Of a stretch of 64,000 nucleotides of DNA, positions 38,701 through 47,789 are shown in pieces (within the stretch, counting starts at the first letter, position 1; each line of letters opens with the position of its first letter). The stretch spans positions 38-64,037 of the forward strand of contig CAIQJL010000264.1 in assembly GCA_903872185.1 (NCBI GenBank), read 5' to 3'. This DNA is from an uncultured Bacteroidota bacterium (GTDB lineage: Bacteria > Bacteroidota > Bacteroidia > Bacteroidales > GWA2-32-17). The position numbers and the translations under genes are program-made. Below the pieces are notes generated by a model. That model searched no databases. It was not told where the DNA came from and worked only from the letters and a program-made list of their open reading frames with translations.

Positions 38701-40317
38701 GAGCTCGAAGATGTTCAGTTAAAGGGTTCACAATTTTTCTCTATTCACCCAAAACAAGATTCATTAACTTTTGTTGCGCCTTCTGCAAAATATAATCTTA
38801 GAAAATACATTATTGCTGCAAATGAAGTTAAATTTATTAGAGTAGCTGATGCAACTATCTACCCTGGAGATGGTAAAGTAGTAATAGAAAAACAAGCTGT
38901 AATGCAAACTTTAAAAGATTCAAGAATTATAGCAAATAATACTAATCGATATCATTCAATTTATGGGGCAACTACAAATATTTATGGTCGAAAAAACTAC
39001 TCTTCATCAGGATCATACGATTATTTTGACGAAACAAAAATCAAACAAGTAATAAAGTTTGATGTTGTTAGTGTTGACTCTACTTATCAAACTTATGCAA
39101 AAGGCAAAATTGGAATTACAGAAAATTTTATGCTTAGCCCTAATTTTGGTTTTACCGGTGAAGTTTTACTTCTTGCAAACGAACAATTTCTTGTTTTCAA
39201 TGGATCAACAAAAATTTCTCATGAATGCCAGAATTTATCAAGGTATTGGGTAAACTTTAAGTCTTCTATAAATCCAAATGAAATATACATTCCTATTGGA
39301 GATTCGCTTAAAGAGATTAATAACAATAAAATTTATACAGGATTTTATATAACAAATGATTCTACGCATATTTATCCTGCATTTTTAACAAAACGTAAAA
39401 ACTATAGTGATATTGCAATTTTTAATGCAAAAGGATTTTTAACATTTGACAAAACTGATAGCAAATACAAAATATCAAGCAAAGAAAAATTAGTAGAGTT
39501 TAATCTTCCAGGCGACTATATAAGTATTCACCGTTCTGCATGCAATTTATATGGAGAGGGCAAACTTAATTTAGGAGTTGATTTTGGTCAAGCATCCATT
39601 TCTTCTGTAGGTAATATCAACGAAGATCTAGTTAAATCTGATGTATATATGGATTTATTATTGAGTTTAGATTTCTTTATTGATGGTAAATGTATGGAGC
39701 TGTTTACAAAAGATTTAAATTCTTATAGCGGTTTAGAAGCAATAGATTTATCAAGAAAAGTTTTTGAAAAAGGGATTGCTGAAATTCTTGGTCGCGAAAA
39801 AGCTAACGATCTTATTTCTGAATATAGCTTAGGTAAATTTAAAAAAATGCCTAAAGAACTTGAGCATACAATAATGTTTACCGATTTAAAATTGAATTGG
39901 AATACTAAAACAAAATCATACATAGCCGACACACTTCTTGGTGTTGGTAGTATTGGAAAAGAATATGTAAACAAAATAATTCCAGGCTATTTTGAAATTA
40001 TTAAAAAACGAAGTGGCGATATGTTTTCTTTATATTTCGAATTAAATGAAAACGTTTGGTATTACTTCGCATATGCCCGAGGTATTATGCAAGTTGTTTC
40101 GAGTAATGAAGAATTTAATACCGTTATAAAAACTTTAAAACCAGATCAACGAAAGGTGGATGCAGACAAAGGGCAAAAGCCATATTCGTACTATCCTGCA
40201 GCACCTACTGTAAAAAATAAATTCTTAAAAAGAATGCGTGCTTTAAAAGAAAATGAAGTAATAAACGACCAAGAAGAAACTGAAGGTGAAAATAAAAATA
40301 AAGAAGAAGGTCAATAA
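35746..40317 (+). CDS. very large secreted hypothetical protein (no recognisable domain)
   Basis: The open frame runs 35719-40317 (1532 aa). The Met at 35746 (MKFNNMQKIFFIVLFAGLLFNINKVTAQQ) gives a signal peptide and starts 1 bp after the prmA stop. The C-terminal tail is acidic/Lys-rich. Confidence 0.7.
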   Translation: MKFNNMQKIFFIVLFAGLLFNINKVTAQQLKNFRSDFPGYLADMKDLLEAKDKKEGKDLMEIFTLSFNGPYFNENEKKSIIQTSNELLKKRALAFPHFQEYLQSLIAFSNNNHPKSSYENWEKGLIFLCQKKTITLNAIDLFLENSAGLIGKGNIYKSLTTKWKTNTKDINFYFDGENIIVAIGPSDITCYAKKDSTNIYNTQGIFNALTRKWKGQGGKLTWERAGFKENEVFANFQNYSIDLTKSAFEADSVVFVNTRYFKEPLLGKLREKVMADADSTNANYPQFISYSKRYKINNIYPGMNYDGGFTMKGAKFIGEGTDEDLAMIKISRNDTLFFIAATKTFVFNTDGIIGQNAAITFRLDTDSIFHPGLLFKYSAERKEVSLIRNDEGMSRSPYFDTYHNLELDFPYLTWKIGDPKINFKPIPKTTNKIAKFESIDFFSRNRFLELQGMDLVNPLQNLKNFSKKINSRKFTDTQFADFIRASMPATKQYLLSLAFKGFISYSIQSGEVTVVEKTFNYLKCSVGQRDYDAISFLSTVEENDNNAMLSLLDFNLKMKGVQEIYLSDSQSVAIFPKDQEITIKKNRDFVFDGKVRAGLFLFIGSNFSFSYNSFKLNLTDVKTIKMRVRIDELDQYGAPIDKDLISIIENSTGELLIDDITNKSGIKKFPKFPVFNSKKDSYVFYDSKSIQTGVYKRDNFYFQIYPYSIDSIGILTKKNLLFKGHFVSAGIFPPFDETISVQPDYSLGFKRNTPTEGFQAYGGKGNYKKEIFLSNKGLRGDGELKFLTAKANSDNFLFFPDSMNTTAKIFEIEKQAKGVEYAAVKGENIYIHWMPNNDRMFVSNTTKPFDMYDNQATFTGTLQIEPTGLSGWGKLEFSTAQLTSKMFNFKEHIVDADTSNFNLKTADMNDFAFKTNNVNSHIDFKERKGEFQSNGEASFVEFPQNQYICFMDQFTWFMDKDEIEMSASKKALSKLPENKENMSPTELEDVQLKGSQFFSIHPKQDSLTFVAPSAKYNLRKYIIAANEVKFIRVADATIYPGDGKVVIEKQAVMQTLKDSRIIANNTNRYHSIYGATTNIYGRKNYSSSGSYDYFDETKIKQVIKFDVVSVDSTYQTYAKGKIGITENFMLSPNFGFTGEVLLLANEQFLVFNGSTKISHECQNLSRYWVNFKSSINPNEIYIPIGDSLKEINNNKIYTGFYITNDSTHIYPAFLTKRKNYSDIAIFNAKGFLTFDKTDSKYKISSKEKLVEFNLPGDYISIHRSACNLYGEGKLNLGVDFGQASISSVGNINEDLVKSDVYMDLLLSLDFFIDGKCMELFTKDLNSYSGLEAIDLSRKVFEKGIAEILGREKANDLISEYSLGKFKKMPKELEHTIMFTDLKLNWNTKTKSYIADTLLGVGSIGKEYVNKIIPGYFEIIKKRSGDMFSLYFELNENVWYYFAYARGIMQVVSSNEEFNTVIKTLKPDQRKVDADKGQKPYSYYPAAPTVKNKFLKRMRALKENEVINDQEETEGENKNKEEGQ

Positions 40318-40674
40318 ATTTTATTAATGTTAGAAATTTAAATTTGTTTTATAATTTTTAAGAATAAAAAACCATTTATTCTGTAAGAATATATTTTATT
40401 TATTTTTACTTATGTTATATTAATCGGTTGCGATAAAAAAGAAGTAACAAGTAACGCATTAAATAGCGCATCAAATAATTTAGGCGGAAATACCCTTTAG
40501 TTTAACACTAACACAAGAACTAAAGGCACTACGCTCTGGGGTTTTCTAATCCAAATTAGACAGTTCTGTTAAATATAGTATAGAAATAACTTCTTTATTT
40601 AAAACTCTTAGTAACAAATTACCAAAAAAAGTTTTTATAAAGTGTTGGTTTATTTTGTTGACGACTTTGAATTT

Positions 40675-41703
40675 TCAATTGAGTATGCTAAACTTTTCGT
40701 TATAACATTGCTCTAAACGATTTGCAACTTCATTTGCAGTGATTCTTCTAATGCACTCGCAGTTTAATGTTTTTCTACACTTTTCACAACTTTTATCAAG
40801 AACAAAATAAGAAGCTTTTTTACCAATTGGTGCCCACCTCTGTGGAAATATCGGTTTCATCGGAGCATAAAGTCCCATTGCATATTTCCCTATAGCCGAA
40901 GCAATATGAAGAGGTCCTGTACTGCATGCAACAATTCCATCAGCATGGTAAATTAAACTTATATATTGGTTTAATGTTAGCTTACCGGTTACATCAAATA
41001 TATTATTATTATAAATTTTAAGCAATTGTTCCATTTGAGCAGCTTCTTCATCGGTTCCTGCAACAATAATATTAAATTTTTCAGGATTTAATATTCTAAT
41101 TAATTCAGAATATCTATCTAACCCCCATTCCCTTGCACTTCCTTTTGATTTTGGATGAAGTATAATGTTAAATTTCTTATTATCAATAATTGAGTGCATA
41201 TTATTTTCTAACACTTCAAATCTTGAAAACCCATAAAAATCTGGAATCTCAGTTAACTTCGGAACATTAAAATTATTTACTAAAGGCTCTGCTAGCATTA
41301 AATTTAACTGGGCTTCATGTAAATCAGATTTCTTTCTACTAAGTGTTACGGGTTTATTTAAATAGAACCAATGATATAATCTTCGACTGGTTCCTATTCT
41401 GATTGGAATTTTAACAAAACATGCAAGCTTAGCAATTTTTGCATTGGGATATACATGGATTATAATATCAGCATTATAGTTTGAAAATACTTTTTTTTGC
41501 CTAGAGAATGACTGTTCACTAATTTTATCCCAATCAGCAAACTCGTCAATATTTATACATGCACTTATTATTGGTTTCGTATATTTACTTCCAAGAAAAA
41601 TAATAATGCAATCAGGAAATATACTTTTCAAATAACCAGCTAAAGGTAGGGTAAGTACAACGTCACCGATTTTATCTGTCCGGCTTATTATAATTCGCTT
41701 CAA
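40675..41703 (-). CDS. glycosyltransferase family 9 (heptosyltransferase-like)
   Basis: 342-aa ORF. N-terminal IIISRTDKIGDVVLTLP and C-terminal GTDEE...VACSTGPLHIASAIG blocks are typical of GT9. Confidence 0.85.
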   Translation of the reverse strand: MKRIIISRTDKIGDVVLTLPLAGYLKSIFPDCIIIFLGSKYTKPIISACINIDEFADWDKISEQSFSRQKKVFSNYNADIIIHVYPNAKIAKLACFVKIPIRIGTSRRLYHWFYLNKPVTLSRKKSDLHEAQLNLMLAEPLVNNFNVPKLTEIPDFYGFSRFEVLENNMHSIIDNKKFNIILHPKSKGSAREWGLDRYSELIRILNPEKFNIIVAGTDEEAAQMEQLLKIYNNNIFDVTGKLTLNQYISLIYHADGIVACSTGPLHIASAIGKYAMGLYAPMKPIFPQRWAPIGKKASYFVLDKSCEKCRKTLNCECIRRITANEVANRLEQCYNEKFSILN

Positions 41704-41715
41704 AACGCTAAAATA

Positions 41716-42549
41716 TTATTTAACTAAAAGAATTGCACCAGATTTCTTATATCCTTTAACATCAGGCGATGTAATATGATAAAAATAAGTTCCACAAGGA
41801 AGTTGAACGCCAGCAGACGTCCGCCCATCCCATTGTAATCTTTTTGCAGTTTGTGTATAAACAATCGCTCCCCAGCGATTAAAAACATCTAATTCAAATT
41901 CATTCACACCATTTGATTTTACGATAAAAATATCATTTTGCCCATCTCCATTTGGCGAAAAAACATTAGGTGCTTCTAGAATATCATTAACTTGAATAGT
42001 GTCTGAAACAGTATCCTGACAACCGAAGCCTGCTTGAATAATTAAACTTACAATAAAACTTCCAAAAGTTGGAAAAGTATTAATTGCAATACTATCACCC
42101 AAATTAAATGATGATTGATTAAAATTCCAAAAATATTTATAAGGCAACGTATCTCTATTTAACACCGTGCCATGAAAATATAAAATATAGGAAGGAAGAA
42201 ACATTGTATCTGTATAACTAAAAGCAGCCGTTGGAAATTTACGCACAAAAATATAATTTGTTTTCACTTTTGTTTGTGTTGCAATTGATCCTGATGCGGT
42301 TAACGAAACTGAATAAATTCCTGAAATTAAATAAGTGTGAACTGGATTTTTAATAGAATCGACTCCACCATCTCCAAAATTCCAATGCCAGTTTTTTACA
42401 GTATCACTAACAGATAAATCAGTAAAAGATATTGATCCACCTTCGCAAATAACAGTAGTATCTGATTCAAAATTTACTTCAATTTGTGCAAATAAAGTAT
42501 TTGAAACAGTAAAAAACAAAAACGATAATATTATTAAGTGTTTAATCAT
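41716..42549 (-). CDS. PKD-domain protein with T9SS type B (gliding motility-associated) C-terminal domain
   Basis: 277-aa ORF. Signal peptide, WHWNFGDGG PKD signature, and C-terminal FSPNGDGQNDIFIV...FNRWGAIVY...WDGR. Confidence 0.85.
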   Translation of the reverse strand: MIKHLIILSFLFFTVSNTLFAQIEVNFESDTTVICEGGSISFTDLSVSDTVKNWHWNFGDGGVDSIKNPVHTYLISGIYSVSLTASGSIATQTKVKTNYIFVRKFPTAAFSYTDTMFLPSYILYFHGTVLNRDTLPYKYFWNFNQSSFNLGDSIAINTFPTFGSFIVSLIIQAGFGCQDTVSDTIQVNDILEAPNVFSPNGDGQNDIFIVKSNGVNEFELDVFNRWGAIVYTQTAKRLQWDGRTSAGVQLPCGTYFYHITSPDVKGYKKSGAILLVK

Positions 42550-42600
42550 TAAACTATATCTGCAAAAATATAAAATTTGCTTAGGCTTATTTCTTTTATT

Positions 42601-43704
42601 TTAAATGTTTTTAGTTAATTTTTTAACAATTTTAAAGTTATAAAAAAATTCTTTAGCAATAACCCTTATCACTGTATATGAAGGTATAGCAAGTATCATC
42701 CCAGGAATTCCAGCTAAAGTACCTGCTGACAAAATAACAAGAAAAACTTCCAAAGGATGAGCTTTTACGCTGTTTGAAAAGATAAAAGGTTGTACTAAAG
42801 TTGCATCTAGGATATTAATAATAACATATACTATAAACATCCATTCTAAAAGTGGAAGAACCTCTGAATAAAAATTAGCATCAACATTAGTTAATATTCC
42901 TATTAGCATTCCAAATAAAATTGAAAGTATTGGACCTACATAAGGAACAATATTAAATAATCCACCAACTAAACCTAAAACCAATGCATGTTCAAACCCT
43001 AAACCAAGTATTGTCATGCCTAAGGTTGTGAGAACAAACACAACAAACATGTCGAAAATTATTCCTAAAAAATATCTTAATAAAAGTTTTTTAATAGAAA
43101 GTATAGCATGCTTTACTTCCGATTCATATTCAACAGTTGCAAAGGCTAAGAAAAGTTTAATAAATAATCTGTCGTCCAATAAAAAGAAAAAAGTAATAAA
43201 AGTAATTGCAAAAAAAGCGACTAAAATACTTCCCAAAGTACTTGCAATAGAACTAAAAAAAACAGAAAAATCGGAAAAATTCACTATTCCCATTATCTTA
43301 TTTACAACCTCATCGGTTAAGCTTTTTTCTTTATTGGTATAAATATTTAAATCTGATAACACCTTAGTTACCTGCTGAATCGGCTGGTCAAGATTAGCAA
43401 CAATTTTATTTGGATCTATAGATGATATTTGCTGAGCTTCTGAAGCAATAAGTGGTATCATTAATCTGAAAAACAAAATCACAACAGCCCAAAAAGCTAC
43501 CAAAGTAATAATTGCACTAATAAACTTTGGCAAAACAAATTTTTTGATTCTAATTTTATTCAGCAACCTCGTTAAAGGCTGTAAAATTAGCGACAAAACA
43601 AGACCTATTAATATGTATGCTATTATATTACCAAGAAACCAAACACACAAACCAACAACAATTATTATTGAAGCAAATAAAAAATATTTGGTTTTCTTAT
43701 TCAT
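42601..43704 (-). CDS. AI-2E family transporter (PerM-like permease)
   Basis: 367-aa polytopic membrane ORF. The block NIVPYVGPILS is typical of the UPF0118/AI-2E family. Confidence 0.8.
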   Translation of the reverse strand: MNKKTKYFLFASIIIVVGLCVWFLGNIIAYILIGLVLSLILQPLTRLLNKIRIKKFVLPKFISAIITLVAFWAVVILFFRLMIPLIASEAQQISSIDPNKIVANLDQPIQQVTKVLSDLNIYTNKEKSLTDEVVNKIMGIVNFSDFSVFFSSIASTLGSILVAFFAITFITFFFLLDDRLFIKLFLAFATVEYESEVKHAILSIKKLLLRYFLGIIFDMFVVFVLTTLGMTILGLGFEHALVLGLVGGLFNIVPYVGPILSILFGMLIGILTNVDANFYSEVLPLLEWMFIVYVIINILDATLVQPFIFSNSVKAHPLEVFLVILSAGTLAGIPGMILAIPSYTVIRVIAKEFFYNFKIVKKLTKNI

Positions 43705-43752
43705 TGCAGGGTAAAAGTAGCCATTTTAGTAAAATAAAAAAACAAATCTTTT

Positions 43753-44448
43753 TTAAAATGTAATTCCAGCAACTAAATGAATGTTTTCACGCTGAGGATT
43801 AAAAACTAATTTACAATAAAAAGGAACTGAATATTCATCAGAGATTTTACAATCCTTTTTTACAGTAAATCCAATATTTACAATACCAGGCCCATTTCCA
43901 TACCAACCTTTATCTGGTGTAAACCCAGCAAAAAATTCAATTGGTAATTTTTTTGTTAATGAATATGATAATTCAAAATATGAAGAATGTAAAGTATCAA
44001 GACCATAAAAATTATAAGAAATTAATAATTTCAAAGGAACTCTTTCTGATAGTTTAAATTCGGTATCAAAACTAAAATCATGGCCTGTTTCACTTGAAGA
44101 ATAATTAAAATAATTATTTTTTAAAGTGTCCATATTCAAATAAAAATAATCCCAGCAGGTAAATTTCAATTTCCAAACTTCATAACTTGCAAACAAGTCT
44201 GCTTCTTGTAGATTTAAGGATGCAAAACTTGCCGAGCCCCATGCCCCTACTGTAAAATTCTTATACGAGATATCTAATCCAGGTTGAATTGCAGGGGAAT
44301 TACCGAAATCGGAGCCTCGCCAAACGTATCTGCTAACCAAATCGGCATAAACACTGTTATCCCAATTTGATTTTGTAGTATCTGCTTGTTGAGCATTAAC
44401 AAAAAGACCAAAATAAATACAGATTATTAGAATTACTATTTTCTTCAT
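43753..44448 (-). CDS. hypothetical outer-membrane beta-barrel-like protein
   Basis: 231-aa ORF. Signal peptide, alternating aromatic beta-strand pattern, C-terminal aromatic residue (GITF). Confidence 0.5.
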   Translation of the reverse strand: MKKIVILIICIYFGLFVNAQQADTTKSNWDNSVYADLVSRYVWRGSDFGNSPAIQPGLDISYKNFTVGAWGSASFASLNLQEADLFASYEVWKLKFTCWDYFYLNMDTLKNNYFNYSSSETGHDFSFDTEFKLSERVPLKLLISYNFYGLDTLHSSYFELSYSLTKKLPIEFFAGFTPDKGWYGNGPGIVNIGFTVKKDCKISDEYSVPFYCKLVFNPQRENIHLVAGITF

Positions 44449-44517
44449 AATAGAATTTTAAATTTATACTGAAATAAATAGGTTATCGTTACATTTACAA
44501 TGAAAAAACCTCTGAAA

Positions 44518-45159
44518 TTAAAAAAATGGGTTAGTTCTTTTCTCTTTTCCTATTGTAGTGGCATAGCCATGTCCAGCATAAACTTTTGTATCGTCATCTA
44601 AGCAAAGTAATTTTTTTTGAATACCTGTTACCAACAAACTCATATCTCCCATATATAAATCAGTGCGACCAATACTTCCTTCAAACAAAATATCACCAGT
44701 TAATAAAAGTTTATCTTCCTTAATAAATAGAGCTATTCCACAAGGGCTATGACCTGGTACATGTATTACTTTTATTATATTATTACCTAACATTATTTCA
44801 TCATCATGCTTTAATTCCCGCTCAGGTAAAGGAGGCATTTCAAAATCGAAATCAAATAACTGAGCCTGCATTTTAACATCCATATGTTCAAACAACAACT
44901 TATAGTCTGCATGTCCGGAAACTGTTATATTGTATTTCTTTGCAACTTGCGCACATCCTAAAACATGATCGAAATGAAAATGAGTTATAACTATACCAAT
45001 AGGATTAAGTTTATATTCTTCAATAAAACCAAAAAGTTTTAAATATTCATCTTCGGTATAACATCCTGGATCAACAATAATACAATCATTATTCTCTGCA
45101 TAAAGCACGAATGTATTAACCTGAATCGGATTAAAAATAAATTCTTTAATTTTTATCAT
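44518..45159 (-). CDS. MBL-fold metallo-hydrolase (glyoxalase II-like)
   Basis: 213-aa ORF. Contains THFHFDH (the H-x-H-x-D-H motif) and downstream His/Asp ligands (PGHSPC, TGD, GHG). Confidence 0.85.
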   Translation of the reverse strand: MIKIKEFIFNPIQVNTFVLYAENNDCIIVDPGCYTEDEYLKLFGFIEEYKLNPIGIVITHFHFDHVLGCAQVAKKYNITVSGHADYKLLFEHMDVKMQAQLFDFDFEMPPLPERELKHDDEIMLGNNIIKVIHVPGHSPCGIALFIKEDKLLLTGDILFEGSIGRTDLYMGDMSLLVTGIQKKLLCLDDDTKVYAGHGYATTIGKEKRTNPFF

Positions 45160-45803
45160 TTGTTTATCGATTTTCCTTGAAGTAAAGGCACAAATTGAAA
45201 ATTTCCATGTTCAGTTACCTCAAAATTATTTTCATCTTTTTTTATTAGCAATATCATTTTCTGAGCCTTGTCGCCAACCGGAATTACCATTCTTCCTCCA
45301 ATTTTTAATTGTTGTTTTAACGGTTCTGGAATATATGGCGCTCCTGCAGTAATTATTATTTTATCAAATGGACTATACATTGGTTGCCCCAAGTAGCCAT
45401 CTCCATAAAATAATTGTGGACGATAATTTAATTTTGTAAGCAATATTTGTGTTACATCAAATAACTCTTTCTGTCTTTCAATTGAAAAAACCTTTGCCCC
45501 CATTTCTATTAGAATAGCAGTCTGATATCCACTTCCTGTACCTATTTCAAGAACTTTATCACCTTGATTTATTTCTAGTAAATGTGTTTGAAATGCTACA
45601 GTGAAAGGTTGAGAAATTGTTTGACCTGATGCAATTGGTAATGCCTGATCTTTATATGCCAGTTTTTCGAGCCCCTTTGCCATAAATAAATGTCTGGGAA
45701 CTCTCATAAAAGCATCCATTAACTCAATTGAAAACAAGTTTCGTGCAGTTAATTCCTGTACTAATTTCCTTCTCAAACCTTTATGTACGTACGAGTCTTC
45801 CAT
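45156..45803 (-). CDS. pcm: protein-L-isoaspartate O-methyltransferase
   Basis: 215-aa ORF. Blocks GQTISQP, VLEIGTGSGYQTA and PVG. 4-bp overlap with the MBL gene. Confidence 0.9.
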   Translation of the reverse strand: MEDSYVHKGLRRKLVQELTARNLFSIELMDAFMRVPRHLFMAKGLEKLAYKDQALPIASGQTISQPFTVAFQTHLLEINQGDKVLEIGTGSGYQTAILIEMGAKVFSIERQKELFDVTQILLTKLNYRPQLFYGDGYLGQPMYSPFDKIIITAGAPYIPEPLKQQLKIGGRMVIPVGDKAQKMILLIKKDENNFEVTEHGNFQFVPLLQGKSINK

Positions 45804-45895
45804 TATTAAAAATATTCAAATGCAAAAATAGCTTTATCAAACTTAAAATGTTAATAAAATGAAAACAAAAATAAAACGACAGCATTAAATTGATA

Positions 45896-45903
45896 TAATT
45901 TTG
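45896..45903 (+). promoter_or_regulatory. candidate -7 promoter box (TAATTTTG)
   Basis: TAnnTTTG match 15 nt upstream of the ATG at 45919. Confidence 0.3.
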
Positions 45904-45918
45904 CACAAACACAAGTAA

Positions 45919-46866
45919 ATGCAAAGAATAGGAATAGTTGGGGTTGGGCATTTTGGCAAGTTTCATGTAAAAGAATTAAAAAAATTACATGAATTTGATC
46001 TTGTTGGATTTTATGATATAAATCCCGAAACTTCTAAAAATATCTGTTCCGAATTTGATATTCCATCATTTTCTTCATACGAAGCTCTTTTAAATGAAAT
46101 AGATATAATTGACATTACTGTTCCTACATCTTTACATTTTGAATGTGCTACTGAAGCAATAAAAAAACAAAAACATGTTTTTATTGAAAAACCTGTTACT
46201 ATTACTGTAGAAGATGCTGAAAATCTTATAAAACTAGCCGAAGAAGCTTCTGTAAAAGTACAAGTTGGTCATATTGAGCGATTTAACCCGGCATTTAAAG
46301 CTGCACTTCCATTAATTTTTAATCCTAATTATATAGAGATTCAGAGATTGCAAACAATGAATGACTATGCTTATGATGAATCTATAGTTTTAAAATTAAT
46401 GATACATGACATTGATATTGTATTAAGTACAGTTAATTCAAATATTAAAAAAGTTAATGCAACTGGATTAAAATTAATTAATGGTATAACTAGCATTGCA
46501 AATGCCCGACTAGAATTCGATAATGGATGTGTTGCAAACATTACTTCTAGTTTAATTTCTCCGAAAAATGTAATAGAATATAAAATCTATCAGAAAGAAA
46601 AATTTATTTTTATTGATTTCTTAAATAGAAAAGCTGAAGTTGCAATATTTAAAGAAGATATTTCAAGCAAAGAGCAAATATTAAAAGAAATTCATTTCGA
46701 AAATCCCGAAAAATCACATTCTAATTCTTTAAGAGAAGAATTTATTTCATTTTTTAATTGCATTAACAATAATCACAAACCATCTGTAACACTTGACGAT
46801 GGCTTTAAAGCATTACGTGTAGCAAATGAAATTATTGAAAAAATTAAACTTTCTAATGATTATTAA
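45919..46866 (+). CDS. Gfo/Idh/MocA family oxidoreductase
   Basis: 315-aa ORF. N-terminal Rossmann RIGIVGVGHFGKFH and the EKP motif (FIEKPV). Confidence 0.85.
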   Translation: MQRIGIVGVGHFGKFHVKELKKLHEFDLVGFYDINPETSKNICSEFDIPSFSSYEALLNEIDIIDITVPTSLHFECATEAIKKQKHVFIEKPVTITVEDAENLIKLAEEASVKVQVGHIERFNPAFKAALPLIFNPNYIEIQRLQTMNDYAYDESIVLKLMIHDIDIVLSTVNSNIKKVNATGLKLINGITSIANARLEFDNGCVANITSSLISPKNVIEYKIYQKEKFIFIDFLNRKAEVAIFKEDISSKEQILKEIHFENPEKSHSNSLREEFISFFNCINNNHKPSVTLDDGFKALRVANEIIEKIKLSNDY

Positions 46867-46919
46867 TTTCTGATACAATAAATTTGTGTCCTTTTCGTTT
46901 AACGAATGTTTATTGTATC

Positions 46920-47789
46920 ATGGCAAAAATAAAAATCACTTTTCTTTTAATTTCAGTAGCCCTAATATTCTTTTCTAGTTGTAAGAAATTCAATAAAGAA
47001 GAGCCCATTCCATTATATATAAAAATACCGAAATGCACTCTAAATTGTGATAGTATTTTACAAGGAAGCACAATAAGCAACATTACTGATATATGGGTTA
47101 ACATTAATGGTAATCGCCAAGGAACTTATGAACTGCCAGTAAATTTCCCTGTAATTAGCTCAGGTAATTCAAAAATAACTTTTAGAGCTGGCATTAAAGC
47201 TAACGGCATTGCTGCAAGCAGGGTAATTTATCCGTTTTATAATACCATTGATATTGATACTACATTAACACCTGAGACTCAATTAACATTTTCTCCGGTT
47301 TTTACCTATGTTCCTGATGCTGTATTTGGCTGGTTAGAAAACTTTCAGGGCAATGGCTTTTCCCTTGAAAGAACTTCAAATAGTGACACATTATTATACA
47401 CTGGAATTGACAGCATCAACCCACTTAAAAGATATGGTGTTTTTTATATAGATGCAATAAGACAAAAATTTCAGTACAAATCAACAGAGAGTATTCATAT
47501 TCCATCAAACGGTACAGCAGTTTTTCTTGAATTAGATTATCAATGTAATCATCCATTTTTTGTTGGTGTTTATAAAAACACAACTATACAAAGTATTGCT
47601 TCAAATATTATTTACCTGAATCCACACCCAAATTCTTTTAATCATATTTATATTGATTTATCATATTATATTTCACAGAATAATGATGCTATTGACTACA
47701 ACATATTTTTTGGTTCATCACTAGATTCTGGATCGGGATATACAAAAGGAGAAGTTAAAATTGATAATATTAAGCTAATTCACTTTTAA
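46920..47789 (+). CDS. hypothetical lipoprotein
   Basis: The open frame starts at 46884. The Met at 46920 gives MAKIKITFLLISVALIFFSSC, a lipoprotein signal. Sits between the oxidoreductase and sugar-transferase genes. Confidence 0.5.
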   Translation: MAKIKITFLLISVALIFFSSCKKFNKEEPIPLYIKIPKCTLNCDSILQGSTISNITDIWVNINGNRQGTYELPVNFPVISSGNSKITFRAGIKANGIAASRVIYPFYNTIDIDTTLTPETQLTFSPVFTYVPDAVFGWLENFQGNGFSLERTSNSDTLLYTGIDSINPLKRYGVFYIDAIRQKFQYKSTESIHIPSNGTAVFLELDYQCNHPFFVGVYKNTTIQSIASNIIYLNPHPNSFNHIYIDLSYYISQNNDAIDYNIFFGSSLDSGSGYTKGEVKIDNIKLIHF

